A stretch of DNA of 64,000 nt from Cyanobacteria bacterium auto_48_18. GTDB taxonomy: Bacteria; Cyanobacteriota; Vampirovibrionia; Obscuribacterales; Obscuribacteraceae. Of this stretch, positions 37,075-46,813 are shown piece after piece (position 1 is the first letter of the stretch; every line of letters begins with the position of its first letter). Under the pieces are notes generated by a model. The model did no database searches. It was not told where the DNA came from and saw only the letters and a list, made by a program, of their open reading frames with translations. Location of the stretch: contig JAVHQC010000010.1 of NCBI GenBank assembly GCA_036170915.1, forward strand, positions 128,001-192,000, written 5' to 3'. Position numbers and translations under genes: made by a program.

Positions 37075-37314
37075 CTACACATCTCTCGCGGCGTAGACGA
37101 CAACTTCATTAGTCCAGCTAATATACTTGTAGTGAACTTGCAAGAGTCGGCCATTTGAGGTCTTGCCCGTGAGCATCTGCAATTCTTTCTCGGCATTCGC
37201 CGGCAGCGTAAAATCTTTAGGGAAACATTCGAACACTTCTGCCTCGGACACAGGCGGATCTTGGCACTCCATGAAGGCCCGCGACTGGTCATCAGCAATT
37301 ACGATTCTGAACAT
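37075..37314 (-). CDS. Small protein resembling BrnT/DUF4258 (RelE-fold) toxins
   Basis: VSEAEVFECF...LTGKTSNGRLLQVHY...VVVYAARDV. Confidence 0.5.
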   Translation of the reverse strand: MFRIVIADDQSRAFMECQDPPVSEAEVFECFPKDFTLPANAEKELQMLTGKTSNGRLLQVHYKYISWTNEVVVYAARDV

Positions 37315-37354
37315 GGCAATACCACTGCACCAACAAATCGATCATACCCATTTT

Positions 37355-37684
37355 TCAATCTAGCGGGCTGGAGAGCGATTGCGGGGGAGCGACGACAACG
37401 TTTAGACTAAGAATCTGAAGAAATTTAAGGTTAAGGAAGAACCACACAACGCTGGATACTAAAGCGAACGGCACCAAAATTCTCAGGTCGGGGCCGAAAA
37501 GCACCAACATGTTCGGTAGCCACGACAACCACATATTTGCTGTAGCAAATGTTCGCCAAAATCTAGTCTTTGTCCAATCTTTTAAGCAACAGATAACAGC
37601 GGCCACAGTGGCTCCCGGCAGCACAGCTAGTGCCGCAAAAGCGAGCAGTGCCACCAGAATGAAAAACAACGACACAATATCCAT
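37355..37684 (-). CDS. Small membrane protein
   Basis: 109 aa with three hydrophobic segments; SD-like GAAGG. Confidence 0.6.
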   Translation of the reverse strand: MDIVSLFFILVALLAFAALAVLPGATVAAVICCLKDWTKTRFWRTFATANMWLSWLPNMLVLFGPDLRILVPFALVSSVVWFFLNLKFLQILSLNVVVAPPQSLSSPLD

Positions 37685-37731
37685 TTTGGACCTTCAGGCT
37701 TTTTGGCTTACGAGTAGGCAATCTACGGGGC

Positions 37732-38004
37732 CTAAGTCGACGGCCGGTCTGCCGGTGAAAACTTCTTCAACTCTTCTTGAATCTCAATTAAGTGGTGTTT
37801 CAGTCTTGCAGTCATTTCGCTTTGCTGTGCAATTTGCAATTCTAGTTCGATGACATTGAGATTCTCGGCTCGGAATTTTTCCAACTGCACGGCAAGAATG
37901 GCCTCCATAACTTCAGACTTAGCTAACGCTGTTGCTATGTTGGCGCGGTTGCCAGTCAAGCTATGGTAGACAGATTCTAAATTTTGTTCTGGTTCGCCTA
38001 CCAT
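37732..38004 (-). CDS. Small coiled-coil hypothetical protein
   Basis: Likely start MVGEPEQ; heptad-rich. The track ORF opens at 38061. Confidence 0.55.
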   Translation of the reverse strand: MVGEPEQNLESVYHSLTGNRANIATALAKSEVMEAILAVQLEKFRAENLNVIELELQIAQQSEMTARLKHHLIEIQEELKKFSPADRPST

Positions 38005-38106
38005 GGTAAATCTCTCTACTGCAATGCAGTGGGCTACTGAGCGTCGACAATACTTTACCACCTCTCTGAATGTTCCCTGAGACAGGCTAAACTATTGGCG
38101 TAGACT

Positions 38107-39417
38107 TTGAAGCTAGCAAAAGTGTCAAAACAAATCAGCAAACGCGTCCTCAGTATTATGGCCATAGCCAGCTTAGCGGCCGTCACTCCGGCATACTCTA
38201 ATGACGCGGCTTCGGAAAAAGTTCTTCTGCAAGCCTTAGCAGTCGCGCAGGCAAACAAACAGCCTGCCAAGCAATATGAAGTTTACAGAAAATTAGCTGC
38301 ACAAGCGCGAAAGCAAAAATGGAACGATAAATTTCTTGCTTACGAGAAAGCAGCATTGGCTCTTTGCCGCTCTATGCCTCAAGCAAATAAGACTAAAGAA
38401 GCAGAAATTTACTGTGACCTCGGCAATTTTTACCTTGAGGAGGACAAGTATGCTCCCGCCGCAGAAAATCTAGAGCTATGCATGAATATTGTAAGACCCA
38501 TGTGTAGCGAAAATAGTGTGACCACGCTCGACCTGGAAGTTGCTTTGGCAAACTTGTACGCCGAATTGGGCGACAAATCTAGGGAAGCGCAGTGGAGAAA
38601 ACTCAGTCTTGCCCACTCAAAAAGTTTAATGGAAACAGTTCAACGTCGCATCAAATCAGTCTGGTTCCCGAAAAAATGGCCAAGCAGTATGCACGCGGTG
38701 GCATTATTCAAAGTGAACGGCAATGGTGAGTTTTTTGACATTCAGTTTAGCAATTCTTCGCAAGCACCAGATTTTCTAGATGCCTGCCGGGAGGCAGTCA
38801 AAGGCTCAAATGCCAAACCTATGCAATCGTGGCAATATTACGCTCCTCCAGCCGATGTTGAATTTAAGTTTGACTATAACGTTTATGGCGGCCAAAAAAT
38901 CCCTAATGGTGCGCGCCCCGGCTACACGCCGCCAACACCACCGTCGCCACCTGGCCCCCACGCTGAGTTAGCCATGCTAAGGGGAATGAATAAAATCAAT
39001 GGGGAGATAAACAAACAGCTGGCCGATTTTATAGCAATCGACACCGACAAGACAACGTTAACTTTGCCGGTAGCACTAAAGGCGGTGGCATTGAGCGAGC
39101 AGTACCTGAACCTGGGGCAATTTGATAAAGCAGAAGCTTTGGTGAAAGACCTGTTGCAGCGCCCTGGCGTGACTCAAACAGAAAGCGTGAGCAAAACAGT
39201 GCTTCAAGCCGAGACGGGCTGCATACTGCAAAAACAGCAGAAATTGCCGGACGCAAGCACCGTTTTTAAGGCAGTCTGTGAATCTCCGCTGTTTGAGCAA
39301 ATGCCACTTTCGGAGAGGCAGCGATTTCTAAAATCATATGGTGACGCCCTTTTCAAACAAGGAAAAGAAACTGAAGCGAACGCCATATATGTGCGACGTG
39401 CGGCACTGACAAAGTGA
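38107..39417 (+). CDS. Secreted TPR protein with an embedded TonB/TolA C-terminal domain
   Basis: Signal peptide; TPRs; ME.VQRRIKSVW.P...V.LFKV..NG....I....SS....LD.AC.EAV...VEFKFDYNV; Pro-rich linker; further TPRs. Confidence 0.8.
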   Translation: MKLAKVSKQISKRVLSIMAIASLAAVTPAYSNDAASEKVLLQALAVAQANKQPAKQYEVYRKLAAQARKQKWNDKFLAYEKAALALCRSMPQANKTKEAEIYCDLGNFYLEEDKYAPAAENLELCMNIVRPMCSENSVTTLDLEVALANLYAELGDKSREAQWRKLSLAHSKSLMETVQRRIKSVWFPKKWPSSMHAVALFKVNGNGEFFDIQFSNSSQAPDFLDACREAVKGSNAKPMQSWQYYAPPADVEFKFDYNVYGGQKIPNGARPGYTPPTPPSPPGPHAELAMLRGMNKINGEINKQLADFIAIDTDKTTLTLPVALKAVALSEQYLNLGQFDKAEALVKDLLQRPGVTQTESVSKTVLQAETGCILQKQQKLPDASTVFKAVCESPLFEQMPLSERQRFLKSYGDALFKQGKETEANAIYVRRAALTK

Positions 39418-39583
39418 CTTGATATTTCGACAACGCTCACTGCCCAAAGAAGTTAGTCTGAATGCGAAGCCTACCATCGCCGGCCAGCGGGGCCTCAGGT
39501 CAGGTTAGTTGGGACTGTCAACCAGCTCGAAACTGCTATGATTTAAAGAGCTTGCAAACTCAGGACATTGGGTTCGATAAAAG

Positions 39584-39856
39584 TTGAAAATGCTAAATGC
39601 AATAAGCGACATGGTTGTTAGAAATTACTTGCTTCTCAAGAAAAGCATTAAGGAGTTGTGGCAGTTACCACTCCCGATTAAATGCGGAATTCTAGTAACC
39701 CCGATTATAGCGAAGCTGATGCTAAACCATGTTCGCTCTATTGGATGGGACTATGCCTCCAGTAAAATGGCAGCCATAGCAGTCTTTGTCGTATGCGGCG
39801 CTATCACCATGGTGTGGTGGTACGAAAGTAAGTACTTTGAAAAGGGTTCGGACTAA
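39584..39856 (+). CDS. Small membrane protein
   Basis: 90-aa ORF with two hydrophobic segments. Confidence 0.45.
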   Translation: MKMLNAISDMVVRNYLLLKKSIKELWQLPLPIKCGILVTPIIAKLMLNHVRSIGWDYASSKMAAIAVFVVCGAITMVWWYESKYFEKGSD

Positions 39857-40051
39857 TTAGCCACACTAAACCCTCACTACCCAACGAATTATCAAGTAAT
39901 TAAATCATTGGCAGTATGCGTTCGCCCAAAACGCTTTATACTGACACAACAAAATGCAGTTCATTCAGACCCTGACTCTACAATCGGTGGTTTTCTCAAA
40001 GAACTAATCACTACGGCTTGATGTGGATATCAACCAGAACGAGAAAACCAA

Positions 40052-41065
40052 ATGAATAATCTCAACGGAACAAAAATCATCGGCGTAGGCGGGGCACTTC
40101 CTGCGACGGTCGTTACTAATGCAGACTTAGAAAATCAAGTTGATACATCAGATGAATGGATAACATCCCGCACTGGAATCAAGCAGCGGCATGTCGTCGA
40201 TACCGAGACTTGTACTAGCTTATCAACAGCGGCCGCATTAGACGCCATGAAATTCGCCGGTGTCAATGCTGAAGAGATCGACCTGATCATTGTGGCGACT
40301 TCAACTCCAGATTATTTGTATCCGTCAACGGCATGCCTTGTACAAAGAGAAATTGGTGCCATCAACGCCGCGGCCTTTGACATAGGAGCCGCTTGCACAG
40401 GCATTGTTTACGCACTGACCGTGGCAGACCAATTTATCAAAACAGGCGCTAGCAAAACCGTGCTGGTAATTGGTGCCGATGTTCACTCAAGATTTTTAGA
40501 TTGGAATGATAGAAACACTTGCATATTATTCGGCGATGGTGCCGGCGCTTTTGTACTGCAAGCCTCAACTGAAGAAAACGACATTCTTGCTACGCATATC
40601 AAAGCTGACGGCCGAAAAGCAGATTTTTTAAACATTCCGAATTTTGGCGTAAATTACCAGAAACCTGGCACTCCAGACAAAAAAGAAGATCAGCGCTTTG
40701 TTCAAATGAATGGCAAAGTTGTTTATGAATTTGCGGTGAGCATTGTCCCAGACGCAGTGAGAGAGGTCTGCAGCAAAGCCAATATGGAACTAACAGATGT
40801 TGACTTCTTCATCCTGCACCAGGCGAACCGAAGAATCATCAAAGCCGTAGCGACAAAACTTGGCCTTCCTGACGACAAGATGGTAGTCACGCTAGATAGT
40901 GTAGGCAACACGTCTGCGGCGTCCATTCCGCTAGCGCTGAAGCACGCCTTAACGACTGGTCAAATCAAGTCGCCGGCCAAGTGTGCGCTGGTAGGCTTTG
41001 GTGGTGGCTTAACCTGGGGCGCGTTGATCATCAACTGGCGAGCGATTACCAAATCCAGGGTATGA
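40052..41065 (+). CDS. fabH: 3-oxoacyl-ACP synthase III
   Basis: DTSDEWITSRTGI, AACTG (Cys), ILFGDGAGA, HQAN, GNTSAASIP, GFGGGLTWG. Confidence 0.96.
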   Translation: MNNLNGTKIIGVGGALPATVVTNADLENQVDTSDEWITSRTGIKQRHVVDTETCTSLSTAAALDAMKFAGVNAEEIDLIIVATSTPDYLYPSTACLVQREIGAINAAAFDIGAACTGIVYALTVADQFIKTGASKTVLVIGADVHSRFLDWNDRNTCILFGDGAGAFVLQASTEENDILATHIKADGRKADFLNIPNFGVNYQKPGTPDKKEDQRFVQMNGKVVYEFAVSIVPDAVREVCSKANMELTDVDFFILHQANRRIIKAVATKLGLPDDKMVVTLDSVGNTSAASIPLALKHALTTGQIKSPAKCALVGFGGGLTWGALIINWRAITKSRV

Positions 41066-41088
41066 TTTGCAGGAGATTGCTGTAAAAC

Positions 41089-42042
41089 TTGCGCTCCTTC
41101 TCTGCAATTTTAGTCGCCATGATATTGTTGCAAATGTACAACGGTGCAATTGCTAAAAGTGATATTGATACTAGACGCAAAATTTACTTCCCGGCAAAAT
41201 CTATCGGCAAAGTTTACACCGTAAGCACTACTAACCCAGTGTTTCTTGTGTCACTAGGTAGTATTAGAGGTCGTTTTATCGGTCCTGCTAGCGGCACCTA
41301 TACAATTCCCAAAAATGAAAAAGTCTTCCTTGAGCTTGACCCTGGCGCCGCCGAAGATTCTTCAAACTTGAAAGGCCTTGGTCCAGATACTTGCTTTGCC
41401 ATTCGCATTTTTTATGCAGAGACTAACGATAATCTTCTGCGAGAATTGAGCAAACTAAAAAGCCTTTATCGATTAGACATGCGAGAGTGTATTTTCTCTG
41501 AACAGGGCTTGCGGGCCCTTTCGCAATTAGACTATCTAGAAAGATTGGCGATGGAAGGGTGTGCGATCAAGGGTGACTGCAATGAAGCCCTGCACCAATT
41601 TAAGAAACTTCGATATCTGAATATAAGCGGTTGCCATACGGCACCAGCAACAGTGGCACAACTATTTAATCTTCCACACCTTGAATATTTTGCCATAGCT
41701 CGTTGCGGCATTAATAACGAAGCGCTCAAAGGTGCACTGGCCGCTAAACATCTGAAGTTTTTAGATTTAAGTTCAAATGCGGAGGTAACGGGCGCAGGGC
41801 TAGCCAATCTAAAATCTTGCCGTTCGCTAACCAATCTCAGAATAAAATTTACTGGCATTCGCGCCCGCGATTTGCTCATGCTAAAAGGTTTGCCTTTGCA
41901 CCTCGTAGACTTGCACGAGAGCAGCATCTCTGCCAGCCTGCTTAACGAGTTGCAAATCGCGTTTCCCGGATGCATGTTTACTCTTGCGAAGAAAGAACCT
42001 TCGGGTGATTACAAAATGCTTTTCGCGCCTACAACGCGGTAG
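41089..42042 (+). CDS. Secreted leucine-rich repeat protein
   Basis: Signal peptide; LRRs (LYRLDMREC, LRYLNISGC, LKFLDLSSNAEVT). Confidence 0.88.
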   Translation: MRSFSAILVAMILLQMYNGAIAKSDIDTRRKIYFPAKSIGKVYTVSTTNPVFLVSLGSIRGRFIGPASGTYTIPKNEKVFLELDPGAAEDSSNLKGLGPDTCFAIRIFYAETNDNLLRELSKLKSLYRLDMRECIFSEQGLRALSQLDYLERLAMEGCAIKGDCNEALHQFKKLRYLNISGCHTAPATVAQLFNLPHLEYFAIARCGINNEALKGALAAKHLKFLDLSSNAEVTGAGLANLKSCRSLTNLRIKFTGIRARDLLMLKGLPLHLVDLHESSISASLLNELQIAFPGCMFTLAKKEPSGDYKMLFAPTTR

Positions 42043-42082
42043 TTGAAGTATGCCTCGAAGTTTGCAAACATACAACAAACCC

Positions 42083-42111
42083 TTGACTACTAACCGTTGA
42101 GTTAGTACTCT
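42083..42111 (+). promoter_or_regulatory. Sigma70-type promoter with an overlapping palindromic operator, upstream of the second RND operon
   Basis: TTGACT-N17-TACTCT; inverted repeat TACTAAC-N6-GTTAGTA at 42088-42107; extra TATAAT at 42113-42118. Confidence 0.55.
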
Positions 42112-42168
42112 GTATAATAAGGAATCTCTGGCGCGCGCCCGAGTCCTTGAAAAGCTCTTACCAAAACG

Positions 42169-42195
42169 CAGAGAAATTTGCGGGAAATTTCTCTG
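42169..42195. repeat. Perfect 11-bp inverted repeat in the MFP leader
   Basis: CAGAGAAATTT-GCGGG-AAATTTCTCTG. Confidence 0.6.
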
Positions 42196-42219
42196 TAAAA
42201 TGTCAGGCACGCAGGAGAC

Positions 42220-43512
42220 TTGATGAACCGATTGCTGGCGGCAATATTAATCTCTTGCTTTAGTCCAATTTTAATCGGCGCCTGCTCAAGCACGCAGCAA
42301 AAGTCGGCCGAACAAAGCGCACCGCCACCTCCAGTAGTGCAGGTGATCAAGTTGACACCTGAGGCGCTAGACATTTATCGCGACGTTCCAGCCCAAACTT
42401 ACGCCCGCAACAAAGTCGACGTGCGCGGCCGCGTGGACGGCTACATCGAAAAATGGCTGTTCAAACCAGGTCAGCAGGTTAAAGCCGGGCAGACTCTTTA
42501 TGTATTAGACACGAGACCCTATCGAGCCGAACTGGCCGGGGCCCAGGGCAAACTGCGCGAGGCGGAAGCCGACTTGCATTTTGCCAAACAACAAGTCTCA
42601 CTGGCCGAAGCTCAGGCCAATCTGGCCAGCGCCAATGCCACTCTTCTAAAAGCCAAACAAGACTATAGCCGCACCAAAGAATTGGTGGCAGAAGGCGCAG
42701 TATCGCGTCAAGATTTCGACACCGCGACGGCCAATTTGACATCGGCTCAGGCCACCGTTAAAGCGCGCACAGCGTCGGTGCAACAGGCAGACGTGACTAC
42801 GGCCACGCAGATTGATAGTGCCGGCGCCAAAGTTGAGCAGCAAAAAGCGGCAGTTTCTACCGCCTCACTCAATGTGCGCTATGCCACCATCATCGCCCCT
42901 ATCGCTGGTGTCATCGGTGAGTCACAAATTCCGGTGGGCGGCCTGGTGACGGCAAATTCCACCACACCGCTAACCACAATCGTGCCCCTCGATCCGCTTT
43001 TTGTGCGCTTCAAGGTCACCGAGTCGCAATACCTGATTTACAAGCGTACGCACAAAGGCAGTGCGCCTATTTTAGAAATGTACATGGCCGACGGCTCTAA
43101 ATTTCCCCACAAAGGTAAAGTCGATAACACTCTCAATGAAGTGGATCGTCGCACCGGTACACTCGAGGTGCAGGCTGAATTTCCTAACCCCGAACGTTCG
43201 GTTCTGCCTGGCCAATATGCCCGTGTGCGCTACATTCGCGAGCACCTGGCCGGTGCACTCACTGTGCCCGTTAAAGCAGTACAACAGACACAAAGTTTGA
43301 GCAGCGTGTTGGTCGTTGGCGCAGACAACAAAGCCGAGTCGCGGGTGGTCAAATTTGGGCCACGAGTAGGCGAACAGTTTGTGGTCGAAAGTGGGCTTAA
43401 AGCCGGCGAAACTATTATCGTCGAAGGTCAGATGGCAGTGCGCCCCGGCATGCTGGTCATCCCTGTGGCATCGCAGTCGCGCACGGCCGCTACCCCTCAA
43501 GAAATCAGGTAG
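42220..43512 (+). CDS. RND periplasmic adaptor lipoprotein
   Basis: Lipobox IGAC; VRGRVDGYI, I.APIAG.IG, FPNP...LPGQY. Confidence 0.94.
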   Translation: MMNRLLAAILISCFSPILIGACSSTQQKSAEQSAPPPPVVQVIKLTPEALDIYRDVPAQTYARNKVDVRGRVDGYIEKWLFKPGQQVKAGQTLYVLDTRPYRAELAGAQGKLREAEADLHFAKQQVSLAEAQANLASANATLLKAKQDYSRTKELVAEGAVSRQDFDTATANLTSAQATVKARTASVQQADVTTATQIDSAGAKVEQQKAAVSTASLNVRYATIIAPIAGVIGESQIPVGGLVTANSTTPLTTIVPLDPLFVRFKVTESQYLIYKRTHKGSAPILEMYMADGSKFPHKGKVDNTLNEVDRRTGTLEVQAEFPNPERSVLPGQYARVRYIREHLAGALTVPVKAVQQTQSLSSVLVVGADNKAESRVVKFGPRVGEQFVVESGLKAGETIIVEGQMAVRPGMLVIPVASQSRTAATPQEIR

Positions 43513-43515
43513 AAC

Positions 43516-46500
43516 ATGGCCCGCTTTTTTATCGACCGCCCAATTTTTGCCATGGTAATCGCCATTATCATTGTCATTCTTGGGCTCGTGGCCATACCAT
43601 CACTGCCGGTGGCAAGCTATCCGCAAGTGGTGCCACCACAAATTCAAGTTACCGCCAACTACCTCGGCGGCAACGCTGCCGATTTAGAAAAAACAGTGGC
43701 GCAGCCAATCGAAGAGCAGCTGGTGGGCCTTGACGGCATGCTTTACTATCAGTCAACTTGCTCTAACAACGGCGCGCTCACTGTCACGGTCACATTTAAA
43801 TTGGGCACCGACCCTGATATCGCTGCAGTGCAAACGCAAAACCGAGTCAGCCTGGCCCTGCCCCGTTTGCCGCCCGAAGTGCAACGCCAGGGAGTCAATG
43901 TCAAAAAAGTTTCGTCTGCATTTTTGATGGCCGTCAGTTTGATTTCACCGGATGGCCGTTATGATTCGCAATTTCTCACCAACTACGCGCAAATCAATTT
44001 AGTTAATCAACTGGGAAGTTTGAACGGTGTGGGCGAGGCGCGCCTGGGCTCACAAGAATTGTACTCAATGCGAGCGTGGATCGACCCAGATAAATTGACG
44101 CAATACAACCTTACGGCCACAGATGTAAGCAATGCGGTGGCCGCTCAGAACAAGCAGAACCCGGCAGGATCGCTGGGTGAAGCACCGGCGCCGAAAGGCA
44201 CCGACATGCAATATTCGGTCTCCGCTCCGGGGCGATTGACCGATCCAAAACAGTTTGAAGATATTGTTTTGCGAGCCACTCCTGATGCTTCGCTATTAAA
44301 AGTACGCGATGTGGGCCGGGTCGAACTGGGCTCACAGACATATTCAGGCTTCAGCCGCCTGCGCGGCAAACCGTCGAGCAACGTCGTAATTTATCTGGCA
44401 CCTGGCGCCAACGCTGTCAAAACGGCCGAATCAGTACTGAAATTTGTTGAGAATGCGAAAAAGAATTTTCCGGCTGGCGTAGATTTTGTGGTGCCGTACA
44501 ACTCGACAATGTTCGTTAAGGCCGCCATCGAAGACGTAGTTAAAACTTTACTCGAAGCCATAGCCCTGGTCATTCTCGTGGTCTTCATCTTTTTGCAAAA
44601 CTGGCGCGCCACCATGATTCCGCTATTGACTGTGCCGGTTTCCATCATTGGTACATTTGCACTATTTCCACTGCTGGGCTTCTCAATAAATATCACCAGC
44701 ATGTTTGGTCTGATACTGGCCATCGGTATTGTCGTAGATGATGCCATCGTGGTAGTAGAAGCTGTGCAGAGCCACATCGATGAAGGAATGAACGCGCGCG
44801 ACGCCACTATTAAAGCCATGGAAGAAGTGTCGGGGCCGGTCATGGCCATTGCCATTATTCTCGCAGCAGTATTCGTGCCGGTGGCATTCATTGGTGGCAT
44901 CAGTGGTGAAATTTTCAAACAATTCGCCCTGACCATCGCCGTCTCTGTTCTCATATCAGCCCTTAGTGCCTTGACATTGAGCCCTGCTCTTTCGTCGATA
45001 CTCTTGAAACCATCAGGTCAAAGAAAAAATCTACTGACTCCATTTTTTGGTGCTTTCAACTTCGCCTTTGAACACACGCGAAAGAAGTACACTTCGTTTG
45101 TGGAATTTTTGATCAGAAGATCAATCATCGCGGTGACAACGCTCGGCCTGGTGATCGGTGGAACCATCTTTCTCTTCAAAGCTCTGCCCACAGGCTTCCT
45201 GCCCGAAGAAGACCAGGGAGCATTCTTTATATCAATTCGTCTGCCTGACGGTGCATCAACTGAGAGAACAGACAGAGCAACACAAAAAGTAGAAAAAATC
45301 TTGAGCCAGATACCTGATGTGGCAACATATTTTGTCATCGGCGGCATGGATATTTCAACAGGCACATCTAACTCAAATGTTTCCACAGTTATATGCGCAC
45401 TTAAACCCTGGGAAGAGCGAAAAAAGCCAGACCAGCAGCTTACAGCCATACTGGCAGAAGCGAAAAAACAATTTGGTCAAGTCAACGAAGCGCGCATTTT
45501 CGCTTTTGGTTTGCCACCAATTTTAGGCTTGAGCGTAACCGGCGGCTTCCAGTTTATGCTTGAAGACACTGCGGGTGGAAGTATTGAGGCACTATCGGCG
45601 GCGGCAGACAAAATCGTAGCAGCGGCAAAAAAACGACCGGAATTGACCAATGTAATCAGCACCTTCAGACCATCGGTACCTACATATTTAGTCAATGTCG
45701 ATAACGACAAGATGCAAACTCTCGGCATCAGCCCAATTGAGAGCTACAACACCCTGCAAACGTTCTTAGGCGGCCTCTACGTCAACGACTTCAATATCTT
45801 TGGCCGTACCTGGCAGGTGCGTGTACAGGCAGATCCCAAGTTTCGCGATGAGCCAGCAGACCTCGACCATTTTTATGTGCGCGGAGGCATGGGTGACATG
45901 GTGCCGGTCTCAACAATTGCCTCAATCAAACCGTCGGCCGGGCCAGATGTCATTTATCGCTACAACCGCTTCAGGGCTGTGCAAATCTTAGGCGGGCCCG
46001 CACCAGGTTACTCGAGCGGCCAGGCGACGCAAGCCATGCAAGAAGTAGCCAATGCCAATATTGGACCTGGTCTAAACTATGAATGGACCGGCACCACATT
46101 TCAAGAGAAGCAAGCTCAGGGCAATGAGCTTGCCATTTACGGTCTGGCAGCAATTCTAGTTTTTCTTTGCCTGGCAGCACTCTATGAAAAATGGTCGATA
46201 CCGCTGGCGGTGCTCTTTGCCGTACCACTAGGAATGCTGGGCGCGCTGCTGGGAATTTACTTACGCGGCTTCGCTTACGACATCTATACTCAAATCGGCA
46301 TCGTTACACTGATTGGGTTGTCTGCCAAAAATGCGATTTTGATTGTGGAATTCGCTAAAGAAAAACGAGACCACGGTGCCACCGCCGAAGATGCCGCCAG
46401 CGCAGCTGCTAATTTGCGCCTGCGGCCAATTTTAATGACATCGTTTGCGTTTATTCTCGGCGTCTGGCCGCTGGTGGCGGCAATGGGCGCGAGCTCAGGC

Positions 46501-46767
46501 GCCAGGCGCTCACTGGGAACAGCCGTATTTAGCGGCATGATCTCGGCGACCATTCTAGCCATCTTCATCGTGCCGGTTTTATATGTCTTGATTGAAAATG
46601 CGGTCAACAAAGAAAACAAGAGTCGTAGAAAGAAGCAGCAATCACTCAAGTCTGAAAATAGCGAGGGGGAAGATTTACCCGTTGCAGAGTCCGTACCAGA
46701 GTCCGTAGCAGAGTCCGTAGCAAGCTCGACTGATACCAATGAGACAAGAGTAAGCACGAAGGAGTAA
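43516..46767 (+). CDS. RND efflux permease subunit (HAE1/AcrB family)
   Basis: ARFFIDRPIFA, GIVVDDAIVVVE, KNAILIVEFA, RLRPILMTS. Confidence 0.96.
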   Translation: MARFFIDRPIFAMVIAIIIVILGLVAIPSLPVASYPQVVPPQIQVTANYLGGNAADLEKTVAQPIEEQLVGLDGMLYYQSTCSNNGALTVTVTFKLGTDPDIAAVQTQNRVSLALPRLPPEVQRQGVNVKKVSSAFLMAVSLISPDGRYDSQFLTNYAQINLVNQLGSLNGVGEARLGSQELYSMRAWIDPDKLTQYNLTATDVSNAVAAQNKQNPAGSLGEAPAPKGTDMQYSVSAPGRLTDPKQFEDIVLRATPDASLLKVRDVGRVELGSQTYSGFSRLRGKPSSNVVIYLAPGANAVKTAESVLKFVENAKKNFPAGVDFVVPYNSTMFVKAAIEDVVKTLLEAIALVILVVFIFLQNWRATMIPLLTVPVSIIGTFALFPLLGFSINITSMFGLILAIGIVVDDAIVVVEAVQSHIDEGMNARDATIKAMEEVSGPVMAIAIILAAVFVPVAFIGGISGEIFKQFALTIAVSVLISALSALTLSPALSSILLKPSGQRKNLLTPFFGAFNFAFEHTRKKYTSFVEFLIRRSIIAVTTLGLVIGGTIFLFKALPTGFLPEEDQGAFFISIRLPDGASTERTDRATQKVEKILSQIPDVATYFVIGGMDISTGTSNSNVSTVICALKPWEERKKPDQQLTAILAEAKKQFGQVNEARIFAFGLPPILGLSVTGGFQFMLEDTAGGSIEALSAAADKIVAAAKKRPELTNVISTFRPSVPTYLVNVDNDKMQTLGISPIESYNTLQTFLGGLYVNDFNIFGRTWQVRVQADPKFRDEPADLDHFYVRGGMGDMVPVSTIASIKPSAGPDVIYRYNRFRAVQILGGPAPGYSSGQATQAMQEVANANIGPGLNYEWTGTTFQEKQAQGNELAIYGLAAILVFLCLAALYEKWSIPLAVLFAVPLGMLGALLGIYLRGFAYDIYTQIGIVTLIGLSAKNAILIVEFAKEKRDHGATAEDAASAAANLRLRPILMTSFAFILGVWPLVAAMGASSGARRSLGTAVFSGMISATILAIFIVPVLYVLIENAVNKENKSRRKKQQSLKSENSEGEDLPVAESVPESVAESVASSTDTNETRVSTKE
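46684..46722 (+). repeat. 12-bp coding tandem repeat (AESV/PESV/AESV) in the RND C-tail
   Basis: GCAGAGTCCGTA CCAGAGTCCGTA GCAGAGTCCGTA GCA. Confidence 0.85.
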
Positions 46768-46813
46768 AATTATCCTAGTAAGCTATCTCGGCCAGAAAGC
46801 ACACAAGGATAAG

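Noticed and set aside
39545..39580. GAGCTTGCAAACTCAGGACATTGGGTTCGAT resembles a tRNA anticodon arm plus T-loop
   Set aside because: The T-stem has no 3' partner (it is followed by AAAAG) and there is no D-arm or acceptor stem.
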